A stretch of 57,020 bases of DNA, counting the filler, from Sphacelaria rigidula (Eukaryota): assembly GCA_964200075.2 (NCBI GenBank). It is 8 parts of 8 records of this genome, joined end to end, with 100 filler letters (N's around TTAATTAATTAA, not from the genome) between each part and the next. Parts side by side here need not be neighbours in the genome. Positions count along the whole stretch, not along the records: positions 21,422 to 28,461 come from CAXNAA020016810.1; positions 28,562 to 35,601 come from CAXNAA020016811.1; 6 more parts are not named here. One strand, written 5' to 3'. A program made the position numbers and the translations under genes. The notes under the pieces are model-generated. The model was given only the letters and a program-made list of their open reading frames with translations, was not told the DNA's origin and ran no database searches. Below, piece by piece: positions 21,422 through 34,702 of the stretch (the first letter of the stretch is position 1; each line of letters starts with the position of its first letter).

Positions 21422-24400
21422 ACAGAGAAGCTAACCCTCCTTATATCTAACCTACTATAATACAGCCCGGATATAGACATGAAATAGAGAAGCTAACCTT
21501 CCTTTTTATCTGACCTACCATAACACAGCCCGGACATAGAAATAAAATAGAGAAGCGAACCCTCTTTTTTCTTCAGCCTACTATAACACAGACCCGACAT
21601 AGACATGGAATAGAGAAGCCAACCCTCTTTTTCATCTGACCTACCATAACACAGCCCGGACATAGACATGAAATAGAGAAGCTAACCCTCCTTCATCTGA
21701 CTTACTCCAACAAAGCTCGGACATAGACATGGAATCACGGAAAATAAACCTCCTTTTTATCTAACCTACTATAACGCAGTCCGGATATGGATATAATATG
21801 GAGGAGCGAACCTTCCTTTTATATCATCTACGATAACACAGTCCGGACATAGACATGTAATAGAGAAGCTAACCCTCCTTTTATCTAACTTACAATAATA
21901 CAGCCCGGATATAGACATGAAATAGAGAAGCTAACCCTCCTTATATCTATTTAACTATAATACGGCCCGGATATAGACATGGAATAGAGGAGCGAACCTT
22001 TTTTTTATATCATCTACTATAACACAGTCCGGACATAGACATGAAACAGAGAAGCTAACCCTCCTTTTATCTCACCTACAATAATACATCCCGGATCTAG
22101 ACATGAAATAGAGAAGCTAACCCTCCTTATATCTAAATAACTATAATACAGCCCGCATATAAACATGGGATAGAGAAGCGAACCTTCTTTTTATATCATC
22201 TACTATAACACAGTCCGGACATAGACATGAAACAGAGAAGCTAACCCTCCTTTTATCTAACCTACTATAATACAGCCCGGATATAGACATGAAATGGAGA
22301 AGCTAACCTTCTTTTTTATCTGACCTACCATAACACAGCCCGAACATAGACATGAAATAGAGAAGCGAACCCTCCTGTTCCTTCAGCCTACTATAACACA
22401 GACCCGACATACACATGGAATACAGAAGCCAACCCTCCTTTCCATCTGACCTACTATAACACAGCCCGGACATAGACATGAAATAGAGAAGCTAACCCTC
22501 CTTCATCTGACTTACTCCAACACAGCTCGGACATAGACATGGAATCGCGGAAAATAACCCTCCTTTTTATCTAACCTACTCTAACGCAGCCCGGGAATAG
22601 ACATAAAATAGAGGAGCGAACGTTCCTTTTATATCATCTAATATGACACAGTCCGGACATAGACATGAAATAGAGAAGCTAACCCTCCTCATATCTAATT
22701 GACTATAATACAGCCCGGAAAAAGACATAAAATAGAGAAGCTAACCCTCCTTTATCTGACCTACTCTAACACAGCTCGGACATAGACATGGAATCGCGGA
22801 AAATAACCCCCCTTTTTATCTAACCTACAATAACACAGCCCGGACATAGACATGAAATAGAGAAGCGAACCTTTCTTCCATTCAACCAACTAGAACACAG
22901 ACTCGACATAGACACGAAATAGAGAAGCGAACTCCCGTGTTTTTGTAGCCTACTCTAACACAGCCCGGACATAGACATGAAACAGAGAAGCTGACCCTCC
23001 TTACATCAAATTGACTATAATACAGCCCGGACGTAGACATGAAATAGAGAAGCGAACCTTTCTTTCATTTAACCTACTAGAACACAGTCCGGACATCCAC
23101 ATGAAATAGAGAAGCGAACTCTCGTGTTTCTGTAGCCTACTCTAACACAGCCCGTACATAGACATGAAACAGAGAAGCTAACCCTCCTCATATCAAATTA
23201 ACTATAATACAACCCGGATATAGACATGAAACAGAAAAGCTAACCTTCCTTTTTATCTGACCTACCATAACACAGCCCGGACATAGACATGAAAGAGAGA
23301 AGCGAACCCTCCTGTTTCTCCAGCCTACTATAACACAGACCCGAAAAAGACATGGAATAGAGAAGCCAACCCTCTTTTTTATCTGAGCTACTCTAACACA
23401 GCCCGGACATAGACATGAAATAGAGAAGCTAACCCTCCATTATTTGACCTACTCTAACACAGCCCGGACATAGACATGAAGAAATAAAGAAGCTAACCCT
23501 CCTTCATCTGACCTACTCTAACACAGCTCGGAAATAGACACGGAATCGCGGAAAATAACCCCCTTTTTTCTTCAACCTCCTATAATACAGCCCGGATATA
23601 GACATGAAATAGAGAAGCGAACCTTTCTTTCATTTAACCTACTATAACACAGCCCGGACACAGACATGGAATCGCGGGAAATAACCCTCCCTTCTATCTA
23701 ACCTTCTATGACACATCCCGGACATAGACCTGAAATAGAGTAGCGAACCCTCTTTTTTCTTCATCCTACTATAACACAGCCCGGACATAGACATGAAATG
23801 GAGAAGCAAACCCTCCTTTATCTGACCTACTCTAACACAGCTCGGACATAGACATGGAATCGCGGAAAATAACGCTCCCTTTTATCTCACCTTCTATGAC
23901 ACAGCCCGCATTTAGACATGAAATAGAGGAGCGAACCTTCCTTTTATATCATCTACTATAGCACAGTCCGGACATGGATATGGCATAAAAAAGCTAAACC
24001 ACCTTTTTCTGTAGCCTACTTGAACACAGCCCGGACATAGACATGAAACAAAGAAGCGAATCCTCCTCTTTCTTCAGCCTACTGTAACACAGACCAGACA
24101 TAGAGGTGGAATAGAGAAGCTTACCTTCCTTTTTATCTGACCTACTCTAACACAGCCCGGACATAGACATGAAATAGAGAAGCTAAACCTCCTCTTTTTA
24201 TAGCCTACTTGAACACAGCCCGGACATAGACATGAAATAGAGAAGCTAACCCTCCTATATCTGACCTACTCTAACACAGCTCGGACATAGACATGAAATC
24301 GCGGAAAATAACCTTCCTTTTTATCTAAGCTACTATAACACAGCCCGGACATAGACATGAAATAGAGAAGCGAACCTTACTTTCATTTCACCTACTATAA

Positions 24401-27400
24401 CACAGCCCGGACATCTACATGAAATAGAGAAGCGAACCCTCCTTTTATCTAACCTACTATATTACAGCCCGGATATGAACATGAAACAGAGCAGCTAACC
24501 TTCCTTTTTATCTGACCTACCATAACACAGTCCGGACATGGACATGAAATAGAGAAGCTAACCCTCCTGTTTCTTCAGCCTACTATAACACAGACCCGAC
24601 ATAGACATGGAATAGAGAAGCCGACCCTCCTCTTCATCTCACCTACTCCAACACAGCCCGGACATAGACATGGAATAGAGAAGCTAACCCTCCTTTATCT
24701 GACCTACTCCAACACAGCTCGAACATAGACATGAAATAGAGAAGCTAACCCTCCTTTATCTCACCTACTCTAACACAGCTCGGACATAGACATGGAGTCG
24801 CGGGAAATAACCCTTCTCTTTATCTAACCTACTATAACACAGCCCGGATATAGACATGAAATAGAGAAACGAACCTTCCTTTCATTTAACCCACTTTAAC
24901 ACAGTCCGGACATCGACATGAAATAGAGAAGGGAACCCTCGTTTTTCTGTAGCCTACTCTAACACAGCCCGAACATAGACATGAAACAGAGAAGCGGACC
25001 CTCCATTTATCTAACCTACTATAATACAGCCCGGATATAGAGATGAAATGGAGAAGCTAACCTTCTTTTTTATCTGACCTACCATAACACAGCCCGGACA
25101 TAGACATGAAATAGAGAAGCGAACCCTCCTGTTCCTTCAGCCTACGATAACACAGACCCGACATAGACATGGAATAGAGAAGCCAACACTCCTTTTTGTC
25201 TGACCTGCTATAACACAGCCCGGACATAGACATGGAATAGAGTAGCTAACCCTCCTCTATTTGACCTACTCCAACACAGCTCGGACATAGACATGGAATC
25301 GCGGAAAATAACCCCCCTTTTTATCTCACCTACTATAACACAGCCCGGACATAGACATGAAATAGAGTAGCGAACCTTCCTTTTATATCATCTACTCTAA
25401 CAAAGTCCGGACATATACATGAATTAGAGAAGCCAAACGTCCTTTTTCTATAGCCTTCTTGGACACAGCCCGGACATAGACATGATATAGAGAAGCGAAC
25501 CCTCCTCTTTCTTCAGCCTACTATAACACAGACCCGACATAGACATGGAATAGAGAAGCCAACACTCCTTTATATCTGACCTACTACAACGCAGCTCGGA
25601 CATTGACATGGAATCGCGGAAATGACCCTTCTGTTCATCTAACCTTCTATGACACAGCCCGGATATAGACATGAAATAGAGAAGCGAACCTTCCCTTACT
25701 ATCATCTACTGTAACAGAGTCCGGAGATGGACATGAAATAGAAAAGCTAAACCTCCTTTTTCTGTAGTCTACTTGAACACAGTCCGGACATAGACATGAA
25801 ATAAAGAACCGAACCCTCCTTTTTCTTCAGCCAACTATGACACAGACCCGACATAGACATGGAATAGAGAAGCCGACCCTCCTTCTTATCTGACCTACTC
25901 TAACACAGCCCGGACATGGACATGAAATAGAGAAGCTAACCCTCTTTTTTCTTCAGCCAACTATAACACAGACCCGACATAAACATGGAATAGAGAAGCC
26001 GACCCTCCTTTTCATCTGACCTACTCTAACACGGCCCGGACATGGACATGAAATAGAGGAGCTAACCCTCCTTCATCTGACCTACTCTAACACAGCTCGG
26101 ACATGGACACGGAATCGCGGAAAATAACCCCCCTTTTTATTTCATCTACTATAACACAGCCCGGATATAGACATGAAATTGAGAAGCGAACCTTCCTTTC
26201 ATATAATCTTCTATAACACAGTCCGGACATAGACATGAAATAAAGAAGCTTACCTGCCTTTTCTTTCACCTACTGTAACACAGCCCGGACATAGACATGA
26301 AATAGAGAAGCGAACCCTCCTTTTTCTTTAGCCTACTAGAACACAGTCCGGACATCGACATGAAATAGAGGAGCGAACCCTCGTGATTCTGTAGCCTACT
26401 TGAACACAGCCCGGACATAGACATGAAACAGAGAAGCTAACCCTCCTTTCATCTAACCTACTATAACACAGCCCGGACATAGACATGAAATGGAGAGGCT
26501 ATCCTTCTTTTTTATCTGACCTACCATAAAACAGCCCGGACATAGACATGAAATAGAGAAGCGAACCTTCCTTTTTCTTCAGCCTACGATAACACAGACC
26601 CGACATAGACATGGAATAGAGAAGCCAACACTCCTTTTTGTCTGACCTGCTATAACACAGCCCGGACATAGACATGAAATTGACAAGCGAACCCTCCTTC
26701 ATCTGACCTACTCTAACACAGCTCGGACATAGACATTGAATCGCGGAAAATAACCCCCCTTTTTATCTCACCTACTATAACACAGCCTGGACATAGACAT
26801 GAAATAGAGAAACGACCCTTCCTTCTATATCATCTACTATAACACAGTCCGGACATAGACATGGAATAGAGGAGCTAACCCCCATTATTATCTCACCTCC
26901 TACAACTCAGCCCGGACATAGACATGAAGAAATAGAGAAGCGAATCCTCTTTTTTCTTTAGGCTACTATAACACAGCCCGGACATCCACATGAAATGCAA
27001 AAGCTAAACCTCCTTTTTCTGTTGCCTACTATAGCACGGTCCGGACATAGACATGATATAGAGAAGCTAACCCTCCTTTCATCTAACCTACTATAATACA
27101 GCCCGGATATAGACATGAAATAGAGAAGCTAACCTTCCATTCTATTTCACCTACCATCACACAGCCCGGACATAGACATGAAATGGAGAAACGAACCCTC
27201 CGTTTTCTTCAGCCTATTATCACACAGACCCGACATAGACATGGAACAGGGAAGCCGACCCTCCTTATTATCTGACCTACTTTAACACAGCCCGGACATA
27301 GACATGGAATAGAGAAGCTAACCCTCCTTCATCTGACATACTCTAACACAGCTCGGACATGGACATGGAATCGCGGAAAATAACCCCCCTTTCTATTTAA

Positions 27401-28461
27401 CCTACTATAACACAGCCCGGACATAGACATGAAATAGAGAAGCGAACCTTCCTTGTATATCATCTACTATAACACAGTCCGGACATCGACATGAAATAGA
27501 GAAGCGAACCCTCGTTTTCCTGTAGCTTAGTCTACCACAGTCGGGACATAGACAAAAAACAGAGAAGCTGACCGTCCTTTTATCTAACCCACTAAAATAC
27601 AGCCCGGATATAGACATGGAATCGCGGAAAATAACCCTCCTTTTTATCTGACCTACCATGACACAGCCCGGACATAAACATGAAATAGAGAAGCTAACCC
27701 TCTTTTGATCTGACCTACTATAACACAGCTCGGACATGAACATGGAATAGAGAAGCCAACCTCCCCTTCATCTGACCTACTCTAACACAGCCCGGACATA
27801 GACATGAAATAGAGAAGCTAACCCTCCTTTTTCTTCAGCCTACTCTAACACAGCTCGGACATAGACATGGAATCGCGAAAATAACCCACCTTTTCATACA
27901 ACCTACTATAACACAACCCGGACACAGACTTGAAATAGAGAAGCGAACCTTCCTTCTTGTTTCACCTACTATAACACACCCCGGACATGGAGATGAAACA
28001 GAGAAGCTAACCTTCCTTTTTCTTTAGCCTACTACAACACAGTCCGGATATTGACATGGAATAGAGAAGCTAACCCTCCTTTTTCTGTAGCCTACTTGAA
28101 CACAGTCCGAACATAGACATGATATGGAGAAGCTAACCCTCCTTTTGCTTCAGCCTACTCTAACACAGCTCGGACATAGACATGGAATCGCGGAAAATAA
28201 CCCCCCTTTTTATCTAACCTACTATAACACAGTCCGGACATAGACATGGAAGAGAGAAGCTAACCTTCCTTTTTCTTTCACCTACTATAACACAGCCCGG
28301 ACATAGACATGAAATAGAGAAGCGAACCCTCGTTTTTCTGTAGCCTACTTGAACACTGTCCGGACATAGACATGATATAGGGAAGCGAACCCTCCTTTTC
28401 CTTCAGCCTACCCCAACACAGCTCGGACATAGACATGGAATCGCGGAAAATAACGCCCCTT
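21422..28461. repeat. Satellite DNA: ~112 tandem monomers of ~61-64 bp filling the whole contig
   Basis: Approximate consensus AGAGAAGCTAACCCTCCTTTTATCTGACCTACTATAACACAGCCCGGACATAGACATGAAAT, head-to-tail and running off both contig ends. Confidence 0.98.
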
Positions 28462-28561
28462 NNNNNNNNNNNNNNNNNNNNNNNNNNNNNNNNNNNNNNN
28501 NNNNNTTAATTAATTAANNNNNNNNNNNNNNNNNNNNNNNNNNNNNNNNNNNNNNNNNNNN
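28462..28561. other. Artificial contig-joining spacer
   Basis: Same 100-bp spacer. Confidence 0.99.
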
Positions 28562-28744
28562 TTTTCTGTTGGACTGCTCATCATCATGCTTGCGCTGCCG
28601 TGCAGAAACTTCTGGGTTAGGGTTACATGGTCGAAACCGCTTGCGAATCCCGAGCCTTTTGGACGAAACAAATGAAATTTCGATGGTCTGTTGAACCTCA
28701 CCCAAATGTTGAACCTCAAAAACGAATCCAGGCTGTTACGTGTT

Positions 28745-29465
28745 GTTTTGAGTACAGACAGGCAGTCACGAAATACATCACCGTTGCTGTCTCCAGCCGG
28801 TGAAAGTCAGTGGAACCACGAAAAGAAAAATCGCTGTCGACACCTAGGGCTTTGTGTTGGAACCACCTGGCACAAAACAGTCGACTTTCATCTGTGATTC
28901 CGCTCTCTGCAACTCAAAGGGTATAGAGGACTCGCTCTTCAGTGCGAACTTGCCCTTTGTGCACAGCGGCGCAGAACAAAGCAGCAGCTGGTGGCGATTA
29001 AGATGATGCATTGCCGTCACAGATTTCTTCCTGCAAGCAAAGGCATTCGCTCGGAAATGAAACATGGCGAGAATGGCATCGATTACATCCAAGTTTTAGT
29101 ACAGACAGACAGTCAGTCACGAAAAACACCATCGTTGCTGTCACACGCCGGTGAAAGTCAGTGCAATCACGGAAATAAAAATCGCTATCGACGCCCAGGG
29201 TTTTGCGCTGGCACCATCTGACACAACGCAGACCGTCATCTGTGATTTCGCTCTCTTGAACTCGAAGCGTGTAGAGCACTCGCTCTTTAAACGCGAAATT
29301 GTACGGTGTGCACAGCGGCACAAAACAGACCAGCAGCTGGCGGCGTGCGAGGTTCTGCAAGGCCGTCACAGATTTCTTGCTGCAAGCAAAGACATGTGCT
29401 CGGAAATGAAGCACGGCGAAAATGGCACTGTTTACACGCTCATCTCAGTACAGTCAGTCACGAAC
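28745..29465. repeat. Imperfect tandem duplication of a ~350-bp unit plus the start of a third copy
   Basis: AGTACAG..CAGTCACGAA at ~28751, ~29098 and ~29447. GCCGGTGAAAGTCAGTG, CCGTCACAGATTTCTT and GCTCGGAAATGAA each occur twice. Confidence 0.85.
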
Positions 29466-31479
29466 ATGGTCTCTGTTTCGATTTTGCCTTCTGCTTCTGA
29501 CTCGAGTTTCCGTTCTTCTTCAAATTTTTCATCTTGAATCTTTACATACAAACGCTGCTTGTTGCCGCCCCCAAAAGTGACCATCTCTGAAAGAGGTTTT
29601 CTCGGCAACCAAGCAGACGAAAGGACTGTGGTTTGTTGCGTGCGCTTCTCACACACCCAAACCAGGTCAATACGTTTGCGTTTCTCTCACGCGTTACACA
29701 AAGTCACACCAAACCAAATTTTTTTCAACAGTTTTTTTTGTTCTTCAATTTTTGGGCTTTGGGGTTCGCTGTGGCGAATTGAGCAAATCGCCAACAGTGT
29801 TCCCTACTTCTGTGTCTTTGCGGAGGGCTGTCAAGTGCCGCAGGTCGACTCGTTTCCTGCGTCGAGAAAAGCGCGATGAAAAGCGCTACAGCTGTCGCAT
29901 ACTAAACCAAGTTAATCAAGGATGAAGCGTGTGTCCCGTTCGTGTTCTCTTCAGCAGAGGTGCGACCAACTGATGACGTATTCATTCCCCCGGGCTTTTT
30001 ATTGTTTTTTTCGGAGAGTGTTTTTTTGGTCAGTATGCCCCCCATTCACCCCCACAACTGTACTATACCGTATTATAGTGCCATCTCTCGCATGCACCAT
30101 GCACTGAGCGTGGAATTCACTACTACGCTGTACTATGACAGGTTCATCTCAGCGTTGTAGAGACAATCGCACCGACAGGTGCAAACACAGCGTTATCGAG
30201 AAAAAAGTGTACAGTTTGTGTACATCACGACTGCACGACACGGCACTGGCTGTATGCCGTGTACCGTTACGGTACTGCAATGCTGTAGCCCTTCGGGGAG
30301 TGTAAGTGGGATACACTATCTTTCATCGTTATCAACACGTGCGGCCCATGTGTCGGAACGTTCAGGGCTCCCAAGGATTTCAGGGTGACCCGTCAGACAA
30401 TTCCATCCCCAAGGCCCGAACTGTACAGAAGGCAAGGGGGCGTTTACCAGCGCCCGAGACACAGTACTGTGACGAGCATCGCCCATTCTATTCAACAACT
30501 TATCACTTCAACAGGTACCAGGCCACACATCCCTAAAACTCATCAACAAAATGTCACTTTCGGCGGGTACTGTAACGTACCCAGCACCCCTTCACCTCTA
30601 AAACAAGATATAATATCATCAGACGAAGTCAGCCTGCCGCGAGTACGATTTCTCGTTACCTCTGCAGAGAAAGTTATCTCAAGTTAGGCGATGCACATAC
30701 GTTCAATGCGATCCACTCACGCCATTCCGCTGCACGGTAATGAACGGCACTGTTTGATAGGTATACCTGGTCATCCATGAGCCTCTCCGCTCCCGGCCTC
30801 TCACGCAGTAGGATCCTTGCCGTCAACAATGCTTCAGCCTCAACTAGACGCACCAACAGCCCAAGATTCGGTTGCAATGCGATTAGCGGTGGTACGTTGT
30901 TCAACAATACATTATTCAATCAAAACTGTAAGATATGGGATGTGCTTTCTCCAACCTCGCTAGCGAACGCACATGGGTTCAACCCTTTCAGATCGCTCCA
31001 TGGACTCCAGCACGAGTTCCGTCCAAAATTGAAAAAGTAAACGAAAATGGCAAGTATGGATTTACCTCGAGAGAAGGATTTGGGGTAGAAAAAAGAAAGT
31101 GGAGGAATGGTCGGGGAGCAACTTCATGCTCGTCTCGAGACATCAGCCGCTACGAACAACAACAAGGCCATTCAAAAGACCGTACTGGACAGCAATGAAC
31201 GCCTTAGACTCGAGTGGGGTGGAAATCCACAGCCCGCGGTGATCGTCCGTGTTTACTGTACGAAATAACCTTACAAACATAAGCATGCGGGATCCACGAC
31301 CTTAGCGGCCTGGCCGGCTTAGCAGTTGAAGGCCTCCGAGCACCGAGGGCTGGTTCTCAGTTGAGACTGCCGCATAGCCTTTCATAATGATAGTAAAAAT
31401 CGCAATCATCACGAGGGAGAGTGTACATAGACGCCCGGGTTCATAATTCAGCGCACCCGCTAATTCCGTTGGGCCTACA

Positions 31480-32060
31480 CATCGCTAAGCGAAGTCTATG
31501 GGCGCACAAATAACAGCAATGCCCCACGATGAGCGCAATGCCTGCAACGAAACCCGCAACATGTATGCTGCACTGTGATCGCAGGTCGTGGGCATGCTGA
31601 ACCAATACCTTGTTCGTAGAGCGAGCTCGAGCAATGATTTGTGTACAGTGATGAAAGCAATGTCAGCCAATGTTCCATCAATTGAACGGGGTTTAGATTC
31701 GGGCATGGTTTCATAGAGTGCCGTCCCGAATCTACTGCCTGTTTTGTATTGGTGCAGCACTGGCACACAAAAGCTGATGCTACATATGGTGACATGGACG
31801 CAACGATTCACCCTTCTCCGATTCACACCAGGCAGTTCACAGTTTGGAACACTGCACGTCACCATCATACCTCTACCCAACCTGACTGTCTACCGCTGCC
31901 ACTCAATGTTTAATGTTCGCACCGTCCAGTCCAAGAGTTCGGCTCCTGTGTCTTTCGCCCCCTCCAACTGTATGTCGCAGAAGCTGCAGCACTGTCTGAA
32001 CCATGAGGGCCTTGTTGTCGTGCCCGCAAATTGGCGAGATTGCCCATGTCCCTGAAATCA
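31480..32060 (-). pseudogene. Decayed hAT-superfamily transposase fragment (tentative)
   Basis: Minus-strand peptides occur in hAT order: LEGAKDTGAELLDWTVRTLNIEW (cf. HTG/ENI...EW), MVTCSVPNCELPG (cf. VTDxAxN) and IAFITVHKSLLEL...MPTTCDHSAAYMLRV (cf. FxxNH...PxxTRF/W...ML). Interrupted by a stop; resemblance judged by eye. Confidence 0.45.
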
Positions 32061-32654
32061 AACATTGGTATCGACTGCGGCGTTTAGATCGGACAGTACT
32101 GCTGCTGTGTTCCGGTTTGTACATAATTGGGATGGGAAAACAATTATGTCGACACAAAGTTAAAAAGGAAAAAGTGATGGCTGCGCACCCATCATGTCTT
32201 CTCTCGGTGTTGTTGTACCGGTGCAAAACTTCTGCAGATCACGCAAACTTCATGTGCGCAACTCCGCTTTTATGCCGTCAGGCCGCTCCTTATAGCAGGC
32301 AAGAATCAAAATCTGTAAAAGTGCCTTTTTTTAGCTTTTACGTCATCTCACGCCCTGAAAGAGAGCTAGGCGAATTTCTACACCTTGGACCGCCTTGCTG
32401 TCCTCGTTAAGACGGTTCCAGCACTTCTGTGCTCTCTTCCGGTGGTCGCAGTTTTTTTCTCTGCCCCACCTTGCATTTTTCTCGGAGATCAGTTAAGGCT
32501 ACTTCTTATGCAAAAAAAAAACAGGATAAAAATGCCGGTCTGATGAACTGTTTTTCAACACATTATTTTCAAGTGGCCCTTCTTACGTCATGGATGTTAT
32601 CAAAATCAGAAAAGTAGTTCTCGTCGCCTTTTACAAGACGTGGGGGGGAATTTT

Positions 32655-33005
32655 CAGGGGTCTACACGTTACACGTGCCACAACGTTACACGTAACGTTC
32701 ACGTTCACGTTACGTTTTGGCCCAAACGTAACGTGAACGTTAATTTTTTTATGTGATGGACGTAAAGTGAACGTAACGTTGAATTTTCAAATGAAACGTG
32801 AACGTAACGTTGAATTTTCAAATGAGACGTTAACGTAACGTTAAGCGCTTTTAACGTGCCAAACGAAACGTAACGTGAACCTTAAATTGCCCAAACGTTC
32901 AAAACACGTAATATGAGACGTTTCATGGAATGTGTAACGTTTATTACACGTTACACGTTCACTAGACGTTACATGTTACATGAAATACCATACACACGTT
33001 ACATG
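32655..33005. repeat. ACGT-core minisatellite (AACGTT/AACGTG/TACACGT units), possibly the subterminal region of a hAT-type element starting CAGGGG
   Basis: Dense repeats of ACGTTACACGT and AACGTGAACGTAACGTT in both orientations, with a duplicated AACGTAACGTTGAATTTTCAAATGA. Confidence 0.85.
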
Positions 33006-34091
33006 AAGCGGTGCACACTTCAAGTTTGCAATGAATTTTGAAATCCTAGAAGAGAGTAACTACTATACAACGGTACAAGTACAGGCCGTGCATTTTGCTA
33101 CGAGGTTACAAGCACAGGCTGTACTCGCGAACACAGCTATACTCGCGAACACAGTATTGCAGTGCAAGGTTACAAGTATAGGTTGTATTTGCGAACGCAG
33201 TACGAGGTGGTTGCTGCACTTTGCAAACACAGTATTGTAGTACGAGGTAGTCAATCATTTGATTGCGATAAGGAGAGGCAGGCTCGCATTTGGCAGCGGT
33301 GATGTCGGCAGTGTCTTAACTTCTACACCGTCTTGACTGTAAGGTTCAAGGCTACATGCAGATGCGCGTACATGGTAGTAAATGCAGATGCGAAGGATAT
33401 GACTTCTGCCTGCACTACGGTACACGTGCAGGCTCTACCTTGCACGTTCTGGGCAGTTCTCAGCTACCGAGATCAACTGCCTATATATCGTTTCTTCATC
33501 CCGCCCACTACATACATGTTAACTGCACACTGCAAGGCATCGGCAGAGGGATAGGCAGAATTCATGACGATAGGTTATACTGTCTTTCCACGGCCCACCT
33601 GGGTTTAGTGCCTCGTGAAATTGACCACATGGTAGCATGTTCATTCCTTTCCGGTTTTTCCCACTCCACCCTGTGTGAGTGTTATTACTACGTGTTAGTA
33701 AAGGCTGACGACCCAAAAAAACTCCCGGGAAATCCCGGGAACGCTGTACCAAATGCAAGTAGTACGATAAGCCATGCTCCAAGCATCCTGGCTTCGGAAA
33801 CCTAGGAAGGCTTATCTGGGCCAGGGATGGGCCCCCCACACGATCTTTGCAGTGACATCACACTCGGCAACAGTCGCCGCGCTGGTCCTTCGGGTCTGGT
33901 CGATAAGTTTCACCTCGCCGTGATTGGGCAGGTCGCTCCCTGACTCATTTTTTTATTATTTCACCAACACATGGTCAATCCCGTGTTAATATGCGCACCG
34001 CCTCGCTTTACTTCCTGACAATAGAACTGACGGTTATACCTTTTCGCTGCACGTTACTCGTGGTACTCAAGTGTTTGTATGGACAGCACGG

Positions 34092-34555
34092 ACAACAGCA
34101 CAGACAGTACTGCGTTGTATATGTTGACTGCAATATTACGGTATCAACACTACGCCGTCTTGCGTGTACAGTACGGTCGTGTCCCCACCAGACTTGGGTG
34201 CATAAACAGCCTGTACTGCATTGCGACTGCTATCGGCAGCACGCTGCATGCGCAGAGCCAAACTGCGCTACTGTGTGTACAAAATGCAGAACCGTGCGGA
34301 GTGCACAACCGAGTAGTACTCTACTGTACAGGCTGCACGCACAACAGCACAGACAGTACTGTACTGTATGTATTGACTGGAGGACTTCAGTATCAGCATT
34401 ACGTCGGTTTGTGGGTGCAGTACGGTTGTGTCTCCACCAGACTTGGGAACATGAAGAATAATCTATACTGCATTGCGACTGCTGGTGGCAGCACGCTGCA
34501 TGCACCGAGACAGACTGCGCTACAAATTTACTGTTGTACTGTACGGAGCGCATAA
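34092..34555. repeat. Imperfect ~250-bp tandem duplication
   Basis: ACAACAGCACAGACAGTACTG, CCACCAGACTTGGG, TACTGCATTGCGACTGCT and GGCAGCACGCTGCATGC each occur twice at ~245-250 bp spacing. Confidence 0.85.
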
Positions 34556-34667
34556 TCGTACAGATTGTATTCGCCATCGACACCGCCCTCTGCTGTTCTC
34601 ATGAGGTAAAGGGCCGCCACGCTACTGGCAGGCGGAGGCGACGTAGCAACACGCTGACTGGCCGCGA

Positions 34668-34671
<4 letters not shown>

Positions 34672-34701
<30 letters not shown>
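34672..34701 (+). repeat. (CAG)10 microsatellite
   Basis: Read directly from the sequence. Confidence 0.95.

Positions 34702-34702
<1 letters not shown>

Noticed and set aside
25448..27743. ORFs with MSMSGLCY repeats in the satellite
   Set aside because: Monomer lengths vary (61-64 bp), so frames break constantly. These are by-products of runs of 63-bp units.
21422..28461. CRISPR-like array (conserved block alternating with a variable block)
   Set aside because: The variable parts are all homologous to one another rather than unique spacers, there are no cas genes, and the context is eukaryotic. It is a satellite.
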